Virus record (IMG/VR): IMGVR_UViG_3300037048_000239
Location: 1-24,259 of that record
Strand: one strand, 5' to 3'
DNA from: a virus
Taxonomy: Duplodnaviria > Caudoviricetes
DNA: 24,259 bases
A program made the position numbers and the translations under genes. The notes beneath the pieces are model-generated. The model was given only the letters and a program-made list of their open reading frames with translations. It did not search any database and was not told where the DNA came from. This document shows positions 16,174-24,259 of the stretch, one piece after another; within the stretch, counting starts at the first letter, position 1, and every line of letters starts with the position of its first letter.

Positions 16174-16639
16174 CACCGGCCTCCACAAATGCCAGTTGCA
16201 CTTCGAAGTAGTCGAGACCCTCGGCGTCGGTCGCCCGCTGAATCGACGGGACATCCATGGGGTAGCAGGAGGGATGCACGGTCACGTTCAGCATCGGCAC
16301 ACCTGCCGACTCCGGGACGCCCTTGGTGATGAGCCGGAATAGCTTGTAATAAGCCGTCGGTGGATCTCCATCGAGAATCTCCCGCGAGCGCAGGTACAGC
16401 GTGACCTGATGCTTCCAGACGTCATTGCCGCCGAAGCTGCCGGGCATTGTCCCCTGCCAGGCGGCCATGATCGATGGCACCGGCATCTGATGGATGGCTA
16501 GGGTCAGGCTCGACCGCTTCGGATACTGGTCGTGATAGGCGTAGATCCGGCCCGCGTCGCCGCCCATCTCCGTAACCAGACCTGGAATGTCGCGCAGCTG
16601 CGCAACAAGGGAATCGACAAGTTCATAGGTGTCAATCAT
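16166..16639 (-). CDS. Probable tail terminator/completion protein (gpU position)
   Basis: 157 aa, acidic, N-terminal helix followed by beta strands, located just before the tail tube. Call is by synteny. Confidence 0.6.
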   Translation of the reverse strand: MIDTYELVDSLVAQLRDIPGLVTEMGGDAGRIYAYHDQYPKRSSLTLAIHQMPVPSIMAAWQGTMPGSFGGNDVWKHQVTLYLRSREILDGDPPTAYYKLFRLITKGVPESAGVPMLNVTVHPSCYPMDVPSIQRATDAEGLDYFEVQLAFVEAGDE

Positions 16640-16681
16640 AGGGGTGAGGGAGAGAGCCGCAATTGCGGCGAAGTTGGACGG

Positions 16682-17137
16682 TTACCGCTGCCGGCCGCCG
16701 AGGCTCCGCTGCATAATCAGCCGTTGCTTCATCTCGTCGAAGATTCGCCGCGCCGCCTCTGTCACGGCGGCCTTGTTCTTGGGCGAAAACACAAGCCACG
16801 CCTGGATCTTCTGATTCGCCCAGGCCTTCAGGCGGTCCTTCCGGGTGGAGAGGCCAGCTTTGGCCCGGTTCTCACTCACCGTCCGGACCGCCAGGTTCTG
16901 GAGCATGTTGCCGGTGAACGACAGGTTGCGCCGGTTGCCGAGGCCAAGCCTCGACTTCCGGATCGCGTACTTCTTTGTCAGCGGCTTCGCCGGCGTATCT
17001 TCGGGACCCTGCGCAGCCCGCAAGCGGTTTTTCACCACACCAGCGCCGACGTTTCCGAGCATGAACATCTGGCGCTGGGTGAAGTTGAGCCGGTCCAGCC
17101 GCAGTTGTTTCTTCTGCCAGACGCGAACCGATGCCAT
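16682..17137 (-). CDS. Probable tail completion/neck protein (gpZ position)
   Basis: 151 aa, highly basic, from ATG 17137 (MASVRVWQKK) with GAGG upstream. Motif PLTKKYAIRK...NLSFTGNMLQNL resembles virion morphogenesis/neck proteins. Confidence 0.65.
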   Translation of the reverse strand: MASVRVWQKKQLRLDRLNFTQRQMFMLGNVGAGVVKNRLRAAQGPEDTPAKPLTKKYAIRKSRLGLGNRRNLSFTGNMLQNLAVRTVSENRAKAGLSTRKDRLKAWANQKIQAWLVFSPKNKAAVTEAARRIFDEMKQRLIMQRSLGGRQR

Positions 17138-17144
17138 TGTGACC

Positions 17145-17447
17145 TCACACTTGCCGAAGCCGAAGCACCGCCCCGCCGCCACCATCCGCCTCGATGTCGA
17201 ACACCTTGTAAGAAATGTCTTCGATCGCGACCATGTCACCGCGCTCCGGCGGCCGCGGCAGATCGCCCAGCCGCAGGAACAGCAGGGCGTAAACGCCAGG
17301 CGTAGCGTCCTCTGTCTCCCTCGCGGTTTCGATGATGGTTCGGATGGATGAAGGCGCGCCGGTTTGCGGTGAATAAACAACCTCCCTGCCGAAGGTACCG
17401 AGCACGGTCGCGTTCAGGCCGTTCAGCAGGGAGGTCCAGTCCGCCAT
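17145..17447 (-). CDS. Head-tail joining protein (gpFII-like)
   Basis: 100 aa after the capsid gene; FGREVVYSP...P.RGD.V.I....Y.V..IE.DGGG...LRL pattern of head-closure proteins. Confidence 0.75.
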   Translation of the reverse strand: MADWTSLLNGLNATVLGTFGREVVYSPQTGAPSSIRTIIETARETEDATPGVYALLFLRLGDLPRPPERGDMVAIEDISYKVFDIEADGGGGAVLRLRQV

Positions 17448-17450
17448 GGC

Positions 17451-18455
17451 TTACGCCTTGGTCCCCTTGACCAGGACTTCCGGCCGCAGGCAGATCGGCA
17501 GAGGGTTGGACTGGGTGTGCAGGTCCGTGCCCCGCTCGAACTTCCGCGGCGCCTGTTTGGCGTAGAGCGGCAGACCGAGCGTGTTGGCCGTTTCGTTGAA
17601 GTCCGCCGGCGCGAAGAAGGTTCGGAACGTCGAGGCCGTTCCCAACGGGAAGAAATGAGCCTCGTCGTCGGCGATAAACTTCCTCACCGTCCCGGTAATG
17701 TCGGTCGCCTGGCCACGGTACTCCTCGAACGTGATCCCGCCGAAGCTGAAGTTCGTGCGATTGTCGGTGAACAGGAGTTGGCCATTCTGCCAGCGCGAAT
17801 AGGCCTCCTTCACTTTGGGATGCGTGGTCAGCGCGTCAAAGAATCCCTGCGAGCAAAGGCACATAATGCCGCTCATGAACTCGCCCCGGAGGTTGTCCTC
17901 GATGTGACGTTTCACCTCGAGCACCTTGGTGAGCACCTCGGTCGTGTTGGTAGACAGGGCAAAGCCGACGGTCTTTGCCGTAATGCCGAACTCGGAATAG
18001 AGGTCATAGAGTGTCGAGCCGTCGGAGTCGAGGATCACGCCTTTCAGGGCTCCCATTCGGAGGTGCTCGAGGGTGATCGCGTGTTTGGCCCTCATGTACT
18101 GCAGTTTTCGGGCGATCAGGTTCGACAGCGCTTCGAGATCGTTCTCCGAGCCGAAGGCGCGCAGTCCCTGGACCTCCTCCGGCAGAACGACGTCGTCGTG
18201 AGGGATGTGCGGAATCACGAACGACCGCACCTTGCGCTTGCCCTGGGTGCCGAGCGAGGCCGGAGCTCCGACGGGCATGGTGGGCAGCAGGTTCAGCACG
18301 CCGCTCTGCTCCTCAATGAGGATCGTCCGGGTGCGGACGCCCTCAGTCGGCATGAGGCTCAGTTGCTCCAGGCGGCCGTAGTTGTTTGGGACCTTATTGA
18401 TAGCGGCCGTGAGGGCCACCATGTTGAAGGCGTCATTGGAAAAGGGATTCAGCAT
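17451..18455 (-). CDS. Major capsid protein (lambda gpE family)
   Basis: 334 aa; LTAAINKVP...IPHIPHDDVVLPEEVQG.R.FG...TLEHLRMGALKG...HTQSNPLP. AGGAG upstream. Confidence 0.95.
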   Translation of the reverse strand: MLNPFSNDAFNMVALTAAINKVPNNYGRLEQLSLMPTEGVRTRTILIEEQSGVLNLLPTMPVGAPASLGTQGKRKVRSFVIPHIPHDDVVLPEEVQGLRAFGSENDLEALSNLIARKLQYMRAKHAITLEHLRMGALKGVILDSDGSTLYDLYSEFGITAKTVGFALSTNTTEVLTKVLEVKRHIEDNLRGEFMSGIMCLCSQGFFDALTTHPKVKEAYSRWQNGQLLFTDNRTNFSFGGITFEEYRGQATDITGTVRKFIADDEAHFFPLGTASTFRTFFAPADFNETANTLGLPLYAKQAPRKFERGTDLHTQSNPLPICLRPEVLVKGTKA

Positions 18456-18458
18456 GAG

Positions 18459-19127
18459 TTAGGCTCCTTGGCGGACCAGGATGCCCAGGCTCTTGAGCTG
18501 GGCGATGGCCGCGTTCTTCTGATCTGTGGTGGCGCCGGCGGGCCAGGTGATCCCGTTGGCGGAGATGATCGCGTTGCGGACCACGCCCACCGCCGAGCGG
18601 TCAGTGCCGTCTGGGGCCGTGGTGTCCTCGGTCAGCAGGCCGCAGGCGGTGTCCGAGCCGTCGGTGGCGGAAAAGTCGATCTGCTTCACTTTGCCCGAGC
18701 CCGCCGCGACCGAGATGGTGAAGGCGTCTCCGGCGACAAAGTCAGTTGCGCCATCGGCGATGGTGAAGGTCAGATGTGCGGCGAACTCCGTACCCACGGC
18801 GGCAATGCCGACGAGAATGCCATCGGGATCCTCGACTGAGAACTTCCCACCATTGGTGGCGGGCTCGATGCAGACCGCACGGTAGACGCCCGGCTTGGCG
18901 GCCTGGCCGACCGTCGGTGCCGCGGTGATGGTTCCGTTGCCGGTGTTGCCCGCGACGGCTGCGCCAACTGACGAGCCTTTGGTGAGGCGACCCAGCACCA
19001 TGCCGGTGGTGAGCGCACGCTCCGATCCGCTGCCGGCCAGGATCGTCACGACATCCCGGCTGTACTGGTTGTCCGCTTCCCACTTGAGCCAGTCGCCCAA
19101 GCGCTTTGATTCAGTCTGAACGGGCAT
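18459..19127 (-). CDS. Head decoration protein (gpD-like) with an internal inserted domain
   Basis: GDWLKWE...YSRDVVTI...GMVLG and DGSDTACGLL...AIAQLKSLGILVR flank a ~93-aa insert. Lies between the protease and capsid genes. AGGAGG upstream. Confidence 0.88.
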   Translation of the reverse strand: MPVQTESKRLGDWLKWEADNQYSRDVVTILAGSGSERALTTGMVLGRLTKGSSVGAAVAGNTGNGTITAAPTVGQAAKPGVYRAVCIEPATNGGKFSVEDPDGILVGIAAVGTEFAAHLTFTIADGATDFVAGDAFTISVAAGSGKVKQIDFSATDGSDTACGLLTEDTTAPDGTDRSAVGVVRNAIISANGITWPAGATTDQKNAAIAQLKSLGILVRQGA

Positions 19128-19130
19128 AGG

Positions 19131-19487
19131 TTAGATTCCTCCTTTCCCGGCGACGGTCAGCCGTTCGACGGCCTTCAGCACGGGGTTGTTTTCGGGATTG
19201 CTGGTTGCACGGGTGCCCGAGTCAGGCATGACGTGCGAGTCGATTTCACGGTTGTCTTCGGCCGCCCGCGCCTCAATGAGCGCTTGGCGGGCTTCAGCCG
19301 GCGTGGCTTGGCGAGCCAGCAGCGCTGGTGCACGCCCCGGCATGCCGGCCAGCGCGCAGAGTTCGACGATCTCTCGTGCGTCCGCGTAGCCATGGCGCTG
19401 GGCCTCGGCGCGAATGTTTTCGATGTCGATGGTGGGCTCGGGCGTGGCGGCCTGGACCGCCTCCGCCTGCCCGGTTTCCTGTTGCAT
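19131..19487 (-). CDS. Nested capsid scaffolding protein (Nu3-like), in-frame internal start within the protease gene
   Basis: AGGAGG (19500-19495) lies 7 nt before in-frame ATG 19487. The product is a 118-aa helical protein starting MQQETGQAEAVQ. Confidence 0.7.
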   Translation of the reverse strand: MQQETGQAEAVQAATPEPTIDIENIRAEAQRHGYADAREIVELCALAGMPGRAPALLARQATPAEARQALIEARAAEDNREIDSHVMPDSGTRATSNPENNPVLKAVERLTVAGKGGI

Positions 19488-20315
19488 TGTTTTGCCTCCT
19501 GGGTGGATTGAGATGATGGGTGTCGCAATCGGCGCCGACTTCCGGGTTGCAGCGATCAAGCCGGCCAACGCATCGCGGAACGTTCCGGTCCGGTCGGCGA
19601 GGCCCGCTGCTACTGCCTCGGGACCATACTTGAGAGCTGCGCCGAGCTCACGGACAGCCCCCTCGGTGAGGCCCCGTCGGCGGGCGACAGCGCCCGCAAA
19701 CAGTCCGTAAAGTCGGGCCACCTCGGCGCTGAGGGCACTGCGCGCGGCATCCGACAGTGGCTCATTGGGGTTGCCGGCGGTCTTGCCTTCGCCCTCGGCG
19801 ATGTAGGTGACCTTCACGCCGAGTTTGTGGTTGTACTCGCTCCAGTCGACATGCTCGACATAGACGCCGACACTGCCGACGCCGCCGGTGAATTCGGGCA
19901 CGTAGATTTTCGCGGCGGCCGAGGCCAGCAGATAAGCCGCACTGAAGGCGCTGTTATCGGACACAGCCCAGATCGGTTTTTGCTCGGCGAGTCGGCTCAG
20001 CGCCGCCGCAGTCTCGAAAGCGTTGTCCGAATCGCCACCGGGGGAACTGATGCGCAGCAGAATCCCGCGCACCTCGGGATCCGCGATGGCCTGCTCGACT
20101 TCATCCAGGATCTGGCCGTAGGCCGTTGCGCCAAGGAAAAGGGACTCAAACAGAGACGGCTCGTTGGCGAGCACGCCGGCAATATCAACGATGGCGACAC
20201 CGTCCTCAAGGCCGTACGGCCGCCGGGCGGCATAAGCGGCGTCAAGCTTGGACGCCTCAAGCAGGAGAGGCCGTGCGCCAAACAAGCGCGGAAGTTCATT
20301 TCGCAAGGACGTCAT
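19131..20315 (-). CDS. S49-family capsid maturation protease (lambda gpC-like) with C-terminal scaffold
   Basis: 394 aa; ISSPGG, AFSAAYLLAS, VGSVGV, GEGK and GLAD motifs. ATGA overlap with the portal stop. Confidence 0.92.
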   Translation of the reverse strand: MTSLRNELPRLFGARPLLLEASKLDAAYAARRPYGLEDGVAIVDIAGVLANEPSLFESLFLGATAYGQILDEVEQAIADPEVRGILLRISSPGGDSDNAFETAAALSRLAEQKPIWAVSDNSAFSAAYLLASAAAKIYVPEFTGGVGSVGVYVEHVDWSEYNHKLGVKVTYIAEGEGKTAGNPNEPLSDAARSALSAEVARLYGLFAGAVARRRGLTEGAVRELGAALKYGPEAVAAGLADRTGTFRDALAGLIAATRKSAPIATPIISIHPGGKTMQQETGQAEAVQAATPEPTIDIENIRAEAQRHGYADAREIVELCALAGMPGRAPALLARQATPAEARQALIEARAAEDNREIDSHVMPDSGTRATSNPENNPVLKAVERLTVAGKGGI

Positions 20316-21757
20316 TGTTCACTCTCGTTTGTCGTCTGCGGCTCTTCAGGTCGCGGATCGGTGTCGTAGCTCAGGCCCAGTGCGTCGGCCCGTTGGTTGT
20401 CGGCGGCAATCTCGCGGTCGATCGCCTCAGCGTCATAGCCCTGCTCTGAAACAACCTCGGAGCGGCTCTTAAAGCCCGCGCGCACGGCCATCATCTGGGC
20501 CTTGATGTCTTTGAGCGGATCGACCCAGGCAAAACCGGGCGGGATCCACTTCACCTCGTAATAGACCGACAAATCCCCCACATTCGGCAGGGCACCAGAA
20601 AGCACCGCCGCCTGAATCCAACGCCGCCACACGGGCTGGCACAACTGGAAGGCCAGCACTTGGTGCTGGAACTGTTCACAGCGCCGGCGAAACTCGAGCA
20701 GGCCCGCACGGATGGACGAATAGTTCACGCCGGTCAGATCGCCGGTCAGCTGTTCGTAGGTGATCCCGATGCCGGCCGCGATCGAACGCAACTGCACGCG
20801 CATGAAGGTCTCGTAGCTGGCGCCGACATCAGCCGGGCTTGAAAACTTCACATCCTCGCCCGGCAATAGAACCTGCAGTGTTCCCGGCTCGAGGCCGGCC
20901 AGCGCGGTGCCGTTTGCGTCGGCCGCTCCCTCACCGAGCAATTGATCCTCAGGTGAGTTTTTCACGATGAAGCCGGCAAACATCGCCGCCGTCTTCTTTC
21001 GCACCAGTTCGGCGTCATCGTACTGATCGAGTTCGTGCAGCTTCACGAGCACCTGGGTGAGCCAAGGCTGCCCTCGGAGCTGACCTGGACGGATCGGCCG
21101 GAACAGGTGCAATACGGATTCTGCCGGCACACGAACCAGCTCTGTCGATGCCATCGGGTGCAGCGAGTCGCCCGGATACTGCCGGTAGAGGTGATAGGCG
21201 ACCCGTTTGCCGATGGCGTTGAACTCAATCCCGGCGCGAATGAAATTGCCGTTTTCCAGACGCCGGTTTTCGTTTGTCGGCAGATGCTCGCCTTCGAGAA
21301 GCTGCAACTGCAGCGGCACGCTGAGGCCGTCCTTGGCCAGACGCGGCCGGATCCGAATGAGGCATTCTCCACCCTCAGCCGTCGACCGGCAGGCCAGCGC
21401 CTGCAGCCCGTAGAAGTCGGTCAGCCCACTGGCATCAGCATCATCTGTCCACCGCAGCCAGAGTTTCTGGATGCGCTCCCTGACCGCCGCATCCGGGTAA
21501 AGCGACTGCGGCTTGATGCCTGTGCCCACGCAGTTGGCGACAAATGCATCCAGCGCGTTGGTCGCCCAGGGATTGCGCCGCACCATATCCCTCGAGCGGG
21601 ACCGCAACGTGTCCAGCCCTCCGAACACCAGCGTGTTGATGTCGCTCGAGGCCGCCAACCAGCCCAAAGTGCGGCGACTGCTGGCCGCCGCCTCATAGCC
21701 GGATGCCATCCGCGGGCGCCAGGGCAGTGAAGCCTTCAATCGAGCCAGCAGCGTCAT
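20312..21757 (-). CDS. Portal protein, lambda family
   Basis: 481 aa from ATG 21757; LRSRSRDMVRRNPWA, RPGQLRG.PW, YEQLTGDLTGVNYSSIRAGLLEFRR, WVDPLKD. Confidence 0.95.
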   Translation of the reverse strand: MTLLARLKASLPWRPRMASGYEAAASSRRTLGWLAASSDINTLVFGGLDTLRSRSRDMVRRNPWATNALDAFVANCVGTGIKPQSLYPDAAVRERIQKLWLRWTDDADASGLTDFYGLQALACRSTAEGGECLIRIRPRLAKDGLSVPLQLQLLEGEHLPTNENRRLENGNFIRAGIEFNAIGKRVAYHLYRQYPGDSLHPMASTELVRVPAESVLHLFRPIRPGQLRGQPWLTQVLVKLHELDQYDDAELVRKKTAAMFAGFIVKNSPEDQLLGEGAADANGTALAGLEPGTLQVLLPGEDVKFSSPADVGASYETFMRVQLRSIAAGIGITYEQLTGDLTGVNYSSIRAGLLEFRRRCEQFQHQVLAFQLCQPVWRRWIQAAVLSGALPNVGDLSVYYEVKWIPPGFAWVDPLKDIKAQMMAVRAGFKSRSEVVSEQGYDAEAIDREIAADNQRADALGLSYDTDPRPEEPQTTNESEQ

Positions 21758-21761
21758 CGAT

Positions 21762-21968
21762 TCAGAAGCCCTTCCCCGTGGAAACTCGGATCTGTCGCAC
21801 AAACGGCGTCCCGGCGCTCTTGGCCAGCTCCGCTTCAGCCGTGGCGATCGCCTGTTTCAGTTCGGCCACATCCCGAAACTCCATCTCGCGGTCGGCGAAC
21901 CGCACCTTGCGCACACCACTGGCTAGGGCGTCGCGGAGCGCCTGCAATTGCTGTTCGGTGTAAGGCAC
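21762..21968 (-). CDS. Head-tail joining protein gpW-like
   Basis: 68 aa between terminase and portal; YTEQQLQALRDALASGVRKVRFADREMEFR..AEL. Confidence 0.88.
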   Translation of the reverse strand: MPYTEQQLQALRDALASGVRKVRFADREMEFRDVAELKQAIATAEAELAKSAGTPFVRQIRVSTGKGF

Positions 21969-21970
21969 TT

Positions 21971-23908
21971 TCAGTTTTGAAGGAACCGACTTCGGATGAT
22001 CCGCCGGCCAGGAAGGCCGCGTTGTGCATTCCCATTTCCTGCTTCTGCCAGCGGAGCGTCCGCTGCGGAAGCAGTGGCAGACTCACGCGCCGACTCGAAC
22101 GGCGTTTCAAGTTCCCGCCAGTGCCGTTCCGCGAAACGGTCGATGCCGTAGATTGAGGCCGCTGCCCGCGAATACACTCTCGCGTCGAGGGCTTCATTCC
22201 TCGTGTTGGCGCCCAGGACCCAGTGGCCCTTGATGAAGCTCTCCGAGGTCAGCTGCCGGAAGTACTCTTCCTCGTAGCGCGGGAAGTGGCAATAGCCAGC
22301 CGGGAACGGCTCGCCACTCTCATCGGTTGGCGGCACGAGCCGCAATCTGCTGTACAACTCGGACTTCGCCACCGGAGTGCCCAGCATCCACAGCCTTGTC
22401 CCGCGCCTCTTGCTGGCATCGACTGGCGAGGCCCCCAGGATCAGCCGGTCCGTTCGGGCCGTGCCCTTCACAGCGACGGCCGTCTTCGGATGCGCTGCCC
22501 GCGCTCCCGCTGGACCCCACGATGCCTGCGGATGGCCGCGCACCCAGTCGTATGTGATGCGCGGGTTATAACCCGAATCGATGCAGAGCACCCGGATCGG
22601 CAGCCGCAGGCCACTGGCATGCGGGAACTCTTCATCCAACACGGCGTCAAGCTGCCGCCACACTTCGGGCCGGGCGGTGTCGCCCATCAGCACGCGGTAG
22701 TCGACCGACCAGGACTCCTTTGCGCGTCCCCAGGCGATCACTTCCACTTCGATGCGGTTCGGATGGACATCGGCGCCAGCGGTGAGAAACAATCCGCCCT
22801 TGGGCACCGTCCCAATCGGGTAATCCTCCCGCCGGTCGTAGAGTGGCTGCCAGTCGGGTGCGTCGCCGCGCTCCTGCCAGGATTCGCCTAACACCAGATT
22901 CACGAACGATTTCAACCTCTCGACGTCCTTCTGAGCCTTCTCCCAGTCATCTGCCGCGCGATCCCATCCGTACCAGCCCACTGGGCTGTACAGGCTCGAC
23001 AGGTGATAGCCGCGCGTGCGACCGTCGCCTGGCGCCTCCGGCCTCCAATCGCCTGCCGCAAGCATTCCGGCTTTGTGGTGGTTGAAGACTTGCCGCTCGC
23101 AGGCAATGCAGATGTAGGCGACTTTCTGTGGTTCGCCCTTGGGCCAGCGCAGCCGCTCAAACTTCAGCACCTGAAACTCGCCGCAATGAGGGCACGGCAC
23201 CCAGTAGCGCCGCTGGTCGCTCTCCGCGTACGCCGCCTCGATCCGGCTCAACCCCGTGATGAGCGGCGTTGAGACCATGAAGACCTTGCGCCGCGCGAAA
23301 GTCCGCGTGCGCGCGTAGGCTAGGTTGATGGGATCGCCCTCACCGTCGACATCGCCCGGGTAGGCGTCGATCTCATCCAGGAACAGATAGCGCACCGCCA
23401 TCGAACGCAGGCCCACGGCGGAGTTGGCGCCGGTCATCACCAGCACACCGCCCGGAAACTCCTTCGACAGGACGGTGTTGCCGGAGTCCCGCGACCGAGG
23501 GCTTTTGACCAACTCCCGGAGTGCGCTCGATTCCTCGATCAGCGGGTCGATGCGCTGCTTCGAGTTGCGCTTTGCCATCTCGACCGTTGGCTGGACGACC
23601 ATCATCGGCCCAGGCGACTTGTGGATAATGTAGCCGATCCAGTTGTTTCCGCACTCGGACCCTCCAATTTGTGAGCCCTTCATGAAGACCACACGCTCGA
23701 CTGGCGACAACGGCGACAGGCCGTCCATGATCTCGCGCAGATATGGAGTCCGGTCGGTTCGCCATGGTCCTGGCTCTGCGGCGGCCTTGCCGGAGAGCCG
23801 CCGGTGCTGGTCAGCCCACTCTGAGACCGTCAGCAGCGGATCCGGGCGCAAGCCCGCGCGGAAGGACTCGTCGTAAACTTCAGTCGCTGTTTGCGCCAGC
23901 GAGTTCAT
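21971..23908 (-). CDS. Terminase large subunit (lambda GpA family)
   Basis: RTPYLREIMD, Walker A-like KGSQIGGSE, Walker B YLFLDEID, STP, CPHC...CIAC, nuclease motifs TAGADV, IDSG and RNEALD. Confidence 0.96.
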   Translation of the reverse strand: MNSLAQTATEVYDESFRAGLRPDPLLTVSEWADQHRRLSGKAAAEPGPWRTDRTPYLREIMDGLSPLSPVERVVFMKGSQIGGSECGNNWIGYIIHKSPGPMMVVQPTVEMAKRNSKQRIDPLIEESSALRELVKSPRSRDSGNTVLSKEFPGGVLVMTGANSAVGLRSMAVRYLFLDEIDAYPGDVDGEGDPINLAYARTRTFARRKVFMVSTPLITGLSRIEAAYAESDQRRYWVPCPHCGEFQVLKFERLRWPKGEPQKVAYICIACERQVFNHHKAGMLAAGDWRPEAPGDGRTRGYHLSSLYSPVGWYGWDRAADDWEKAQKDVERLKSFVNLVLGESWQERGDAPDWQPLYDRREDYPIGTVPKGGLFLTAGADVHPNRIEVEVIAWGRAKESWSVDYRVLMGDTARPEVWRQLDAVLDEEFPHASGLRLPIRVLCIDSGYNPRITYDWVRGHPQASWGPAGARAAHPKTAVAVKGTARTDRLILGASPVDASKRRGTRLWMLGTPVAKSELYSRLRLVPPTDESGEPFPAGYCHFPRYEEEYFRQLTSESFIKGHWVLGANTRNEALDARVYSRAAASIYGIDRFAERHWRELETPFESARESATASAADAPLAEAGNGNAQRGLPGRRIIRSRFLQN

Positions 23909-24259
23909 CAAGTGCCTTTCGAATCTCCACAGTCAGCATCTGGTGGACTTTATCGGCCTCGGACTCGGCGGCCAGCGTCGCCGCCAGGCGGTCTGGAATG
24001 TTGAGCAGGCTGTCGCGCACCGTGCGCGCCTTCGTGAACGCCGCCACCTGCACCTCGTCACGGCTGATCAGCTTCGCCGTTTTCTCTTCGAACTCGATCT
24101 TCGCGAGCCGCGCCAGGTAGCTCTCGCGGATGGCACGGGCGCGGAAGTAATCGAGGCCGCCGGCACCACCCGGATCACTTCGTGGCGGCTCCACAAACGG
24201 AACCACCGGCGCCACAAGCGTCGGAGCCGGCGAACGCCGTTTCTGACCTGGTCGCGTCT
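23880..24259 (-). CDS. Probable terminase small subunit (Nu1 position), 5' end outside the window
   Basis: Frame stays open to the right edge. Helical ARAIRESYLARLAKIEFEE...LLNIPDRLA...EIRKALDEL. Overlaps the large terminase start. Confidence 0.8.
   Translation of the reverse strand, partial: TRPGQKRRSPAPTLVAPVVPFVEPPRSDPGGAGGLDYFRARAIRESYLARLAKIEFEEKTAKLISRDEVQVAAFTKARTVRDSLLNIPDRLAATLAAESEADKVHQMLTVEIRKALDELAGANSD

Noticed and set aside
17517-18839. 440-aa plus-strand ORF
   Set aside because: Antisense shadow of the capsid and decoration genes.

Overview
GC-rich window holding the head and tail morphogenesis operon of a lambda-like (siphovirus-type) phage or prophage, almost entirely on the minus strand. 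Right to left: small terminase (truncated), GpA large terminase, gpW, lambda-family portal, S49 capsid protease with a nested in-frame scaffold start, head decoration protein with an inserted domain, major capsid protein E, head-tail connector and tail completion genes, tail tube, a gpG/gpGT tail chaperone pair with a clear -1 frameshift signal, tape measure, a gpM/Dit-like gene, a 2043-aa multi-domain tail-tip protein, and several small tail accessory genes running off the left edge. The main anomaly is a ~2.4-kb accessory cassette (about 11560-13990) between gpGT and the tape measure. It carries two convergent putative nucleases: an RNase J-like MBL/beta-CASP hydrolase (+) and a PD-(D/E)xK-motif protein (-). 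I do not recognise this pair as a named system; it is a candidate prophage-borne anti-phage or exclusion module. All family calls come from motif recognition and gene order, not database searches.
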